Shown: positions 40,427-48,952 of the stretch, piece by piece
Position numbering within the stretch: the stretch's first letter is position 1
How the letters are laid out: each line of letters starts with the position of its first letter
Assembly: GCA_041649675.1 (NCBI GenBank)
Contig: JBAZMQ010000003.1
Location: forward strand, 5,335 to 69,334
Direction of reading: 5' to 3'
Length of the DNA stretch: 64,000 bases
Source: Patescibacteria group bacterium
GTDB taxonomy: Bacteria > Patescibacteriota > Patescibacteriia > Buchananbacterales > UBA6539
Made by a program: the position numbers and the translations under genes
Notes under the pieces: generated by a model
Databases searched by the model: none
The model's input: only the letters and a program-made list of their open reading frames with translations
What the model was told of the DNA's origin: nothing

Positions 40427-41080
40427 TTAATATTTTTTTTCCAATTTTTTCAAAACTAAAGTTAAGGGAATTATAATTATTAGATAAATGCCAGCAATGA
40501 CTGTATAAATTTCCAAGGGTCGGAAGCTAACACTGATTAAATTTTGCCCGGAGTGCAAAAGTTCATCAACCGAGATTACCGAGCTCAAGGATGTTAATTT
40601 TATTGTTTCAACATAACGCCCGGACAAAGGCGGAATAATAAGTTTAGTTGCTTGGGGGACTACAATTCTTCTGATTATTTGAAATTTTGTTAGACCCAAA
40701 GTTAAAGAAGCTTCGGTTTGACCTTTGGGTACAGATTGGATTCCAGCCCGAAAAATTTCTGCCGCAAAGCCGGCCAGGTTTAAAGAAAGACCAATTACGG
40801 CCGTTGGCAAAGCTGAGATTCGGAAGCCAGTAAAGATTGGTAAAGCGTAATAAAGCCAGACCAAAAGGACTAAAAGTGGCAAGCCAGTAAAAATTTCAAT
40901 AAAAATAATTGCTGAGTATTTTAAAAGTTTATTTTTTGAAATTTTGGCCAAGGCCAATAAGAACCCAAGAATTGTGCCAAAAATTAAGGAAAAAAAAGTC
41001 AGCTCTAAAGTCAGCATTGTTCCGTTCAGGATTGCTGTTTTGTATTCGGCAATGACATTGAAATTCCAAGTGTAATTCAT
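40427..41080 (-). CDS. Polar amino-acid ABC permease
   Basis: AEIFRAGIQSVPKGQTEA EAA loop. Confidence 0.92.
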   Translation of the reverse strand: MNYTWNFNVIAEYKTAILNGTMLTLELTFFSLIFGTILGFLLALAKISKNKLLKYSAIIFIEIFTGLPLLVLLVWLYYALPIFTGFRISALPTAVIGLSLNLAGFAAEIFRAGIQSVPKGQTEASLTLGLTKFQIIRRIVVPQATKLIIPPLSGRYVETIKLTSLSSVISVDELLHSGQNLISVSFRPLEIYTVIAGIYLIIIIPLTLVLKKLEKKY

Positions 41081-41145
41081 ATTAAGATTATTTTGGTAAA
41101 GAAGGCGCCTGCGTCAAAGCAGGCGCTTCTTTTATCCGAATTTTA

Positions 41146-42000
41146 TCATTGCGCTAGTAGTTGATAATTTTTCTTTTCGGTAAACCAAGTTGAATTGTAT
41201 TTTTTAGCCAAGGCATCTAATTCGCCGGTTGATTCCAGATAATTAATACCGTTGGTTAAGAAATTTAATAATTGCTGATCAGCTTGGCGCGTGGCCCAAG
41301 AGATTGGTGTGACTGAGTATGGTTCAGCAAATAATTCTCTAACTTCTAAATGGGTTTTGGCATAGCCCTTGGTTACGTCAGCCATAATTAAACCAACATC
41401 GGCCTGGCCAGCTGATACGGCTACTAGTGGTGCAGTGTTGTCAGCACTTGATTCCAAAACTAATAACTGAGCTTTGGGCAAATATTTTTTAGCGTAGGTG
41501 TCGGCGTATTCACCTTGGATAACGGCGATTTTAATGTCGGCCCGATTTAAGTCTTGAATTTTTTTGAATCGATTGTCCCCTGACTTAACCACGCCATTGT
41601 TGCCGGCAAAATAAAATGGTTGGGTAAAAGCAACCGCAGTTGAACGATTAATCATCGGATAAAATCCAGCGACTCCGGCGTCACATTTGCCAGTATTGAT
41701 GTCAGCAGCAAATCCGCCCCAACTTGATTCAACGTATGCCAGTTTTAGACTGGCATCTTCAGCAATCCTTTTTATCGCGTCAATCAGAAAGCCGGAAAGT
41801 TCGCCGGTGTTTGGATCTTTAATTACTGATGGTGGCCAAGTGGCGTAGCAAATGGTCAAGGTATTAGTTTTTAAAATCCTTGCCAAGGTATCTTCTTTTT
41901 GGCTGGAAATTGCTGCCGGTAATTTGTTTACCGACCAAAGAGCGATGATGACGGCTAATACTGACAGGACAATTGCCGCCAAACTGATTTTTTTGTTCAT
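41146..42000 (-). CDS. Amino-acid ABC substrate-binding protein (family 3)
   Basis: N-terminal anchor; WPP..GFLID..R...VAFTQPFY. Confidence 0.88.
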   Translation of the reverse strand: MNKKISLAAIVLSVLAVIIALWSVNKLPAAISSQKEDTLARILKTNTLTICYATWPPSVIKDPNTGELSGFLIDAIKRIAEDASLKLAYVESSWGGFAADINTGKCDAGVAGFYPMINRSTAVAFTQPFYFAGNNGVVKSGDNRFKKIQDLNRADIKIAVIQGEYADTYAKKYLPKAQLLVLESSADNTAPLVAVSAGQADVGLIMADVTKGYAKTHLEVRELFAEPYSVTPISWATRQADQQLLNFLTNGINYLESTGELDALAKKYNSTWFTEKKNYQLLAQ

Positions 42001-42136
42001 ACATTCTTTAATTAATTATAAATTTAGCTATGTAAATTCTTAATATTTTTTACTCTTTTTTGAAAATGCAAGTTAGTCTTATATTTTCAAGTGGGAGGCC
42101 AAGTTTTATTCAGACTTGGCAAAACTGAGTTAGAGT

Positions 42137-42616
42137 TCATGGTTTTGATAGTAGAGTAAATCTCTTAAGACTTGCTCGACTATCACCTTTTACAAGAGAA
42201 CCACTTTTGCGGATCTCTTTAATGATCTGATTGGTAATTTCCGGTGATTTTTCCGAGGCGGCTGCTTGGGCCACAGCTTCAAACAAAGATGTTTTGGCCG
42301 TGACTTGCATTATTGCGCTTTTCCAGCCGTCAGACGCACGGACATCAGTGACCAGGTCACTGATGGAAAAAAACCTACCTTCGAGGGCAGCCACTACCTG
42401 ATCTCCCCTAATAAAAGGATTGACCAGTAAAAACTGTCCTCTAGTCGTTTCCTTAAACGTGCCTGCCTCTGGCACGAAAAGGAAGCGACTGGTTTCCGCC
42501 TTCTTCGGCCAAAAGGCTTTAATCATTTTTTCTTCTTTTTGGCCACAAAAGATAAAGGCCAGGCAGGTGACAACCACGACTGTTACTGCAATTGATAGTC
42601 CAGTGTGCTTTTTCAT
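42137..42616 (-). CDS. Hypothetical membrane-anchored protein
   Basis: AAGGAG RBS, N-terminal hydrophobic helix. Confidence 0.6.
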   Translation of the reverse strand: MKKHTGLSIAVTVVVVTCLAFIFCGQKEEKMIKAFWPKKAETSRFLFVPEAGTFKETTRGQFLLVNPFIRGDQVVAALEGRFFSISDLVTDVRASDGWKSAIMQVTAKTSLFEAVAQAAASEKSPEITNQIIKEIRKSGSLVKGDSRASLKRFTLLSKP

Positions 42617-42822
42617 GGTAACTCTCCTTGTTTTAGTTTAGGGTTCAATTGTTAAACTTTTAGCTTAACAATTCATTATACTAGATGTTTATAAATTTGT
42701 CAATTATATTGAATAAATAATTTGAAGTCATTGACAAATTTTCTAAAATAAGCTAAAATTATAATAATAAAATCGTCAAGATTATCGGCAATTTTATTAA
42801 AATAAGCTAAAATATTAATAAT

Positions 42823-43563
42823 ATGATCAAAGAATCACTACAAAAATACGGTTTATCCAACAAAGAAGCCGATGTTTATTTGGCGCTTTTGGAGCTTGGT
42901 AAGGCTAAAAGTAGAGAAATTGCCACTAAAACTAAACTGCCCCGCTCAACGGTTTATAGTGTGCTGGAATTTTTAGAAAAGAAAGGCCTGGTTTTTTCTT
43001 TTGATCAAGGTAAAATTAAAACCTACGTGGCCCAAGATCCAGTGAGGATTGTTTCGGATATTGCCAGCCAGGCTCAAGCTATTAAAACAATTTTTCCGGA
43101 ATTAAAAGATTTATATCAAGGGGCTAAAACAAAACCGCAAATAAAATATTATCAGGGCGTTTCCGAGTTAAAAGGAATGTATAATGGCATTCTAAAAATA
43201 AAAGACTTAAAAAGTTATGATATTGTGGCAGCTGAAGGTTATTGGCTCAAGTTAGATGAAAAATTTTTACAAGATTTTAAAAAACGAAGGGCAGAGGCCG
43301 GCATAAAAACCCGATTAATATTGGATAATTCTCAAGCTTCTCTTGAGCGTAAAGCCAATGAAGAAAAAACTAACTCAGAGGTAAAAATTATGCCACCGAG
43401 CATGGCTCAATTTAAAATTTCTGCTGGAACTTATATTTTTAAGGATAAAGTAATTTTTATTGCCTATAAAAAAGAATTAATTGCAGTGGAAATAATTTCC
43501 GAAGAGATTTCCTCGTTACTAAAAATGATGTTTGAATTTTGCTGGCAATTTTTAGCCAAGTAG
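42823..43563 (+). CDS. TrmB-family transcriptional regulator
   Basis: LQKYGLSNKEADVYLALLELG..R.TVY.VL..L..KGLV wHTH. Confidence 0.9.
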   Translation: MIKESLQKYGLSNKEADVYLALLELGKAKSREIATKTKLPRSTVYSVLEFLEKKGLVFSFDQGKIKTYVAQDPVRIVSDIASQAQAIKTIFPELKDLYQGAKTKPQIKYYQGVSELKGMYNGILKIKDLKSYDIVAAEGYWLKLDEKFLQDFKKRRAEAGIKTRLILDNSQASLERKANEEKTNSEVKIMPPSMAQFKISAGTYIFKDKVIFIAYKKELIAVEIISEEISSLLKMMFEFCWQFLAK

Positions 43564-43647
43564 GCTAGAATAAAAAAGACTTTTCAATAAATAGAACCCC
43601 GTCTAAAACTCAAAATTATTTGATTTAAAAGTTTTGAGCGATGTCGG

Positions 43648-43948
43648 CAAGAGACTTTTATCCCGCCATATGCTCCTGTAGCTTCCGCCAAAGGCGGATC
43701 CGCCTTTGGCCCCTCACCATGCCTCTGAGCCCCTGTAGTTCAAAGGATAGAACAAGAGACTCCTAAGCTCTGGATGGAGGTTCGATTCCTCCCGGGGGCA
43801 TGGTGAGGGGCCAAAGGACATATAATAAGTTTCCCGACGTAAAATCGGGATCCCAATTCCGCTATAGGCAGACATCGGGACAACTCCTACCAGGAGCGTA
43901 TGGCGGGGTCTAAGCTCTGGATGGAGGTTAGATTTCCTCCTAAGGGCA
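43648..43948 (+). mobile_element. Nested tRNA-Arg cassettes inside decayed tRNA-Arg copies
   Basis: IR pairs 43662-43678/43891-43907 and 43703-43723/43797-43817; split anticodon arm CAAGAGACT ... CTAAGCTCTGGATGGAGGTT. Confidence 0.65.
43729..43800 (+). tRNA. tRNA-Arg(CCT), CCA not encoded
   Basis: GCCCCTG/CGGGGGC acceptor, loop CTCCTAA, GGAGG-TTCGATT-CCTCC. Confidence 0.88.
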
Positions 43949-43986
43949 AGTAAACAAATATTAATGATAAACTCGCCATTACCCTT

Positions 43987-44057
43987 GGGCCTATGGTCCA
44001 GTGGTACGACGCCACATTCGCATTGTGGAGACGGCAGTTCGATTCTGCCTAGGTCCA
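43987..44057 (+). tRNA. tRNA-Ala(CGC), CCA not encoded
   Basis: G3:U70, CCACA-TTCGCAT-TGTGG anticodon arm. Confidence 0.9.
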
Positions 44058-44826
44058 GAGGTAATGGCAGGTATAAGAAGTTTTTTATTGATTCACCAAA
44101 AATAACCTTTTTTGTCCAAAAAAGGTTATTTTTGTATTTATAAAAAATATTTTACGACTCAATTTTTAGTTTAAATTTAGCCAAAATTTTAATTAACATT
44201 TAAATTATATATATTTTTTTGCCAAATTTAAACAAAATTTTAGAGAATTTAAACAAAATATCTAGGTACTAATATTATTCATTATATATTTATCTAATTT
44301 TAGGTAAATTTTTGAGTCGTTAAATATTTATGTTAAAATTATCAACAGCTAAACCCTTGACAATATTCTGATTATATAATAGAATAGAAAGGCTCTTTAT
44401 TGTAATAATCAGGTTTTGCCTCATCAATTTGAGTGTATGCCTGTTTTTTTGACCTTACTCTGGGCTGGTTTTTGTTCTGCCTCTCCAGCTCAGTGCGGGG
44501 CGGCTGTCTTCCGCATATTGTAGCACCCACATCTGGTGCTCACATTGGACCTTGCGTCTATTTTTCTGCGGCGGCAGCTCCATTGATCAGGACCCGATCA
44601 AGTCATTTCTCTTGGGCAAGCTGAATAAGCTTGTGGCATTGGAGTGATTTGATTCGGGTCCTTTGTCATATTCTCTTAATTTTGCTTGATTTTATTACTT
44701 TTTTGACAAGCCTTGAAGTTGATTATATAATACATTCATTATTTAAAGTTATTTAGTATTAATATGGGCTCTTAGCCTGTTCATTATAATTTGAAAATTT
44801 AAATATTACCGCATACTAACACCAAT

Positions 44827-44900
44827 GGGCCCTTAGCTCAGTTGGCTAGAGCGCTTCCATGGCATGGAAGAGGCCAAGGGTTCAAATCCCTTAGGGTCCA
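44827..44900 (+). tRNA. tRNA-Ala(GGC), CCA not encoded
   Basis: G3:U70, CTTCC-ATGGCAT-GGAAG anticodon arm. Confidence 0.93.
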
Positions 44901-44968
44901 TTGGCGTTGGTAGGCGGTGAAGGGAGTCACCCGAACGTAATATCGGATTTGGACTCACCAAAATATCT

Positions 44969-45253
44969 ATGAGTTACTATGTTTATTTTTTGAAAAGCAT
45001 AAAGAATAATAAAATCTATACAGGATACACTAAAATAGACCCAATTTTAAGAATTAAACAACACAACCAGGGAACGGATAAATGGACTAAAGAAAATGGT
45101 CCATTTTTGTTGTTATATTATGAAAAATATTGTTGTAAAAAAGATGCTATTTTGAGAGAAAAATTTTATAAAACAGGTATTGGCAGAAGAATTCACAATG
45201 CAATAATTAGCTCAGTTTCCGCCAAAGGCGGACCCGCCTTTGGCGGGGGCTAG
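44969..45253 (+). CDS. Small GIY-YIG endonuclease
   Basis: YYVYFLKS..IYTGYT..R..QHNQG..TK..GPF.L.YYE..A..REKFYKTG.GR. Confidence 0.92.
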   Translation: MSYYVYFLKSIKNNKIYTGYTKIDPILRIKQHNQGTDKWTKENGPFLLLYYEKYCCKKDAILREKFYKTGIGRRIHNAIISSVSAKGGPAFGGG

Positions 45254-45337
45254 AGCGCTTCCATGGCATGGAAGAGGCCAAGGGTTCTCAGCCAGAGGCT
45301 GATGCGCCTTTGGCGCAAAATTCCTTAGGGTCCACCA
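45207..45337 (+). pseudogene. Interrupted tRNA-Ala(GGC) copy with two 30-bp inserts
   Basis: Removing 45218-45247 and 45288-45317 restores the tRNA body with CCA; a matching 5' end GGGCTCTTAGC lies at 44766-44776. Confidence 0.85.
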
Positions 45338-45822
45338 AAAATAATGTTTCACAAGAAACATTATTTTTGTTTTGGCTATATAATTACTCCCCCTGTTTTA
45401 AATTCAGTTACTTGGGGGGGGGGCGGCTTGTAAAACAAAAAAATAGGGTAGAAGTTTTAAGCTTACTACCCCTGTCAACTAATTGTATCATCCATGATCC
45501 GTACGGGACGTTGACGCGCCCTTGAGCCGTAGCTCAACTGTTGTTTTCCTTTTTTACCGCCTTTAGCAAGCAGTGTTGATCAGAAATAGATATTGGGAAA
45601 CGGGGTCCCCGTTGAAGAGAGATAGGCACCGGCTTAACTTATAAAAAGGAGGTTGTGGGAAGTTTTCTGGGGTGAACAACAGCTATTACCGATGGTATTC
45701 TAGACAAGGATCGGGGCATCTGCCCTTGTGCTTACCACTTCCGCAGACCAGAAAACTTTTTGCAGATGCTTACGCTCCTATTTTACCAAAAAAATGAAAA
45801 ATTTAGAATATACAATTAAGTT

Positions 45823-46581
45823 TTAATTTTTTATCCTAGTCTTTGGTGAAAAATCATAGATAAATTTAAACCAGGTGCGATAGCTATTGGCCAGTTTTTC
45901 ATCGCGCAAAATAAATAAAGTAACATCATCATCAACCTTTTTTAATTCCAGCCCGGTAAAAGTAACAACATAGTCGCCAAAAATATCAATGGCTGATTCC
46001 GTACTGTATTGACTGGGGATAAAACGATATTCACCACCCAAAATTTTAACTGCATCTTGGCCTTTTTCTTTAACTATTTCGTCATAAACATGGTAAAAGG
46101 TAATTTTTTTACGCTTAGCTTCTTTGAGAAATTGATCTAAAAAAGTTTTTAAACGCGGATCAAACCAGCCAAGCTTGGCACCGATCATATAAACATCCTG
46201 GCCGGTTCTTAAAATATCACGCAAATAATTTTTAAAACCTTCAAGGCCGCGATAGATGTAAGCTTCCTGGGTGTGCTCGCGACTTTCATAGCGCTTTCTT
46301 AATTCCGGTAAACTCTGATTTAAATTAATTTCTTTTTCTTTAATTAATTCTAAAAGTTTATCCGGATCAACTGGTGAGTATAAATTTTCATTTTTACTGA
46401 CAATTGGAAAAATTAATCCTTTGTCAATTAAACGATTAATTGCGTCATAAACATTACGGCGATGAATTTCAGCTTTGGAAGAAATTTGTCCAACGCCGGC
46501 TTCTTTTAAATCCAAAAGTGCCTCGTAAATTTTTGCTTCATTAGGTGAGAGACCCAATTCTTGTAAAACTTTTATTGACAT
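45823..46581 (-). CDS. TrmB-family transcriptional regulator
   Basis: LQELGLSPNEAKIYEALL..HRRNVYDAINRLIDKGL. Confidence 0.9.
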   Translation of the reverse strand: MSIKVLQELGLSPNEAKIYEALLDLKEAGVGQISSKAEIHRRNVYDAINRLIDKGLIFPIVSKNENLYSPVDPDKLLELIKEKEINLNQSLPELRKRYESREHTQEAYIYRGLEGFKNYLRDILRTGQDVYMIGAKLGWFDPRLKTFLDQFLKEAKRKKITFYHVYDEIVKEKGQDAVKILGGEYRFIPSQYSTESAIDIFGDYVVTFTGLELKKVDDDVTLFILRDEKLANSYRTWFKFIYDFSPKTRIKN

Positions 46582-46784
46582 AATATTAAAAATTTAATAG
46601 GGAATAAGTTGTCCCTATTTTTATTATGCCTGATTGAATGTATTTGTCAAGGTGATAAGTACCACCACATGGTCATATTGGCCACTCGTAAGGTATGTGA
46701 TACGCTATAAAGTTAAACTAAAGTAGTTTAACAATGTTCTTTACAGCAAACTAGGCGAAATGCCTAAAAATAAGGAAGAATGCT

Positions 46785-47270
46785 ATGTCTACGTATCTGA
46801 TCCTTCGTCAAATGGGAACCCTAAAAAACTACAATGAAACGAAATCGGAATTTGTTTGCATCCTTGTCATGATTGTTGCTTTTTTCTTGATCATTGCTTG
46901 TTTGATGATCTGGGATTGTTGCATAAAAACAACTGTCTCGGTTGATTATTTCATTGAGGCAACTGACGGCCAAGTACGGGAAGTCAGACATAAAACGCGG
47001 ATAATTGAAGAAAGATTGGCCAATATGCAAAGTAAAGAGAGCTTAAAGGTATTGACAAGAATATCTTGGCACTACGCTCACCAGGCCGAACTCCAGATAG
47101 TTTTGCCTGATGGCCAGACAAGAATCCAGAAGCTTAATGCGCCATCACAACCGTTAAATGAATGTTTCATTTTTTTAGCCCCGCTAGAGGGTGAATTGAA
47201 AGTTCGTTTAAAGGTAGATGGTAAAAGAAATTTTGTTACTCAATCAGTACTCAGAATTCAAGTTCAATAA
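46785..47270 (+). CDS. Hypothetical membrane-anchored protein
   Basis: RBS TAAGGA, one TM. Confidence 0.55.
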   Translation: MSTYLILRQMGTLKNYNETKSEFVCILVMIVAFFLIIACLMIWDCCIKTTVSVDYFIEATDGQVREVRHKTRIIEERLANMQSKESLKVLTRISWHYAHQAELQIVLPDGQTRIQKLNAPSQPLNECFIFLAPLEGELKVRLKVDGKRNFVTQSVLRIQVQ

Positions 47271-47307
47271 CCGGGCCTTTGGTCCAAAAGAAAAAGGAGA
47301 GCAAGAC

Positions 47308-47556
47308 ATGAGTAGGATGAAATTGGAGCAAATGAGAAAAAAGCTTTTGTGGCGCAAACGGATCAGTTTTGTGACAGCTATGGTTACGTCAACTATCGGG
47401 ATCTTTGCCGTTGGCTATTACCTTTGGGGCGGGGAAACCATGAAAACCAAAGATGGCATTTTGATTATAGTCTGTTTGATTGTTGCAGGCATTGATCATA
47501 TGCATTATTTCTTCCACGCCCTCAAGTTGTGGCTGCTTGACTGCCTAAAAATGTAA
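47308..47556 (+). CDS. Small hypothetical membrane protein
   Basis: AAGGAG RBS before ATG 47308, two TMs. Confidence 0.55.
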   Translation: MSRMKLEQMRKKLLWRKRISFVTAMVTSTIGIFAVGYYLWGGETMKTKDGILIIVCLIVAGIDHMHYFFHALKLWLLDCLKM

Positions 47557-47634
47557 GGTTAAAGCAGATTTAAGCTCATTGCAAAAATTAAGCCGTTTAC
47601 TAAAAAAGTAAACGGCTTTTTTCTTTTGGGAATT

Positions 47635-48438
47635 TTAGATAGTTTTTAAAAAAGAGGCGGTATCTTTAGGATTAACTTTAATTTTTTTACATAGCGGCCA
47701 AACCAATTCAAATTGTGATTTGATCAATTCAGTAAAATCACGACTGGTTACGGTAAAGCCAAAACTCTCTTGGCGCGAAGAAATAAAAGCGACTTTATCG
47801 GCATAGGCCCAAAGACCCATGTTCCAACTCATGCCTTTGGGTGAGAGCCGAATCTCGCGGTGAAATTCTTTACTTACGCCCAAAAAGGGATATTGTTTGA
47901 ATTTGACGGCTTTGTCCGGCGGCCAAATCGTTCGCAAATAAATTTTTTTACGAATCCTTTTTTTATTATGTTCAGCCAGCCAGTCTTTGCCTAAAACTTC
48001 AATCATTTCCGAAATTGGCCAGATGCAAAGTGTCACAATATTTTCATACCATAAAATATCATTAATCGCGCGCCGAATTCCCTCTTGGCCGCTGAAAAAT
48101 TTTATCTTGGGCTCCAAGTAATTTATTTGTTTTGAAAGCGTGGGAATAATTTCATCCAGTTCTTTTTTTTGTTTCTGTAGATTTTCAATTCTATCTTTAA
48201 CTAGGAAGGTTAAGTTTTTAGCATCAGTCACTCGAAATAATTTTTTATTATCCTGCGACTGCTCGCTGACCAAACCCAAGCTAATTAAAATTTTTAAATT
48301 ATCATAAACTGACGGGCGGGGGATATTGAGATTTTCCGCGAGCTGGCGCGCCGATGAAGTTCCGGTTTCGAGCAAACGTAAATAAATGCGGCTGGTGGTG
48401 TCGGACAAGTTTAGATTTTTAAGAATGTCTTTAAACAT
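47635..48438 (-). CDS. TrmB-family transcriptional regulator
   Basis: ILKNLNLS..IYLRLLE.G..RPSVYDNLK.L..LGLV; the ORF-track start 48450 lies inside a repeat, so MFKD is the preferred start. Confidence 0.88.
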   Translation of the reverse strand: MFKDILKNLNLSDTTSRIYLRLLETGTSSARQLAENLNIPRPSVYDNLKILISLGLVSEQSQDNKKLFRVTDAKNLTFLVKDRIENLQKQKKELDEIIPTLSKQINYLEPKIKFFSGQEGIRRAINDILWYENIVTLCIWPISEMIEVLGKDWLAEHNKKRIRKKIYLRTIWPPDKAVKFKQYPFLGVSKEFHREIRLSPKGMSWNMGLWAYADKVAFISSRQESFGFTVTSRDFTELIKSQFELVWPLCKKIKVNPKDTASFLKTI

Positions 48439-48445
48439 ACTTTTT

Positions 48446-48544
48446 GTCATTCTGAATCCCGCGAAGCGGGATGAAGAATCTCTAATTAATTAAGTGGTTA
48501 AATGAGATTCTTCGTCCCGACGTGTCGTCGGGACTCAGAATGAC
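48446..48544. repeat. GTCATTCTGA..TCAGAATGAC REP/MITE-like palindrome
   Basis: Terminal IR plus inner GAAGAATCTC/GAGATTCTTC and two side hairpins. Confidence 0.85.
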
Positions 48545-48695
48545 ATTTACATTTAGTATCAATCTAGCATAGTTGTCGGTTTTCGTCAACAGATTGACAG
48601 TTTTTGATTAAAGTGATAATTTAAAGCGTTTACCGTGGTGGTAAATATAAACGAAACAAACAAGGTCTGAACCTTGAAAATTAAGGAGAATTGCC

Positions 48696-48938
48696 GTGGA
48701 AAAGAAATCGTATTGGAAAGGTTTGTTGGTAGTAGTTTTTATCAGCTTAATGAGCTGTGTTGTGTTTTTCTTGGTGCTATCAAGTATGAAAACTGAGCCA
48801 TTATTTATCAGGCTGGTTTTAAAAATCGGTTTAGGCTTTTGTGTGACAACAACTTTGGTGGCGGTACTTGGTGGTCCGCTGCTGATTTGGTCTATGAACT
48901 CAAAATCAAGAAATTCAGGTTTAGATAAAAAAATCTGA
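48696..48938 (+). CDS. Small hypothetical membrane protein
   Basis: AAGGAG RBS, GTG start, two TMs. Confidence 0.6.
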   Translation: MEKKSYWKGLLVVVFISLMSCVVFFLVLSSMKTEPLFIRLVLKIGLGFCVTTTLVAVLGGPLLIWSMNSKSRNSGLDKKI

Positions 48939-48952
48939 AGAAGGGAGAAACG

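Noticed and set aside
45218-45317. tRNA inserts as self-splicing introns
   Set aside because: 30 nt is far too short for group I/II introns, no clear bulge-helix-bulge is present, and the host copy also lacks its 5' end.
45268-45525. 85-aa ORF
   Set aside because: Starts inside the interrupted tRNA-Ala and reads through repeat and terminator sequence.
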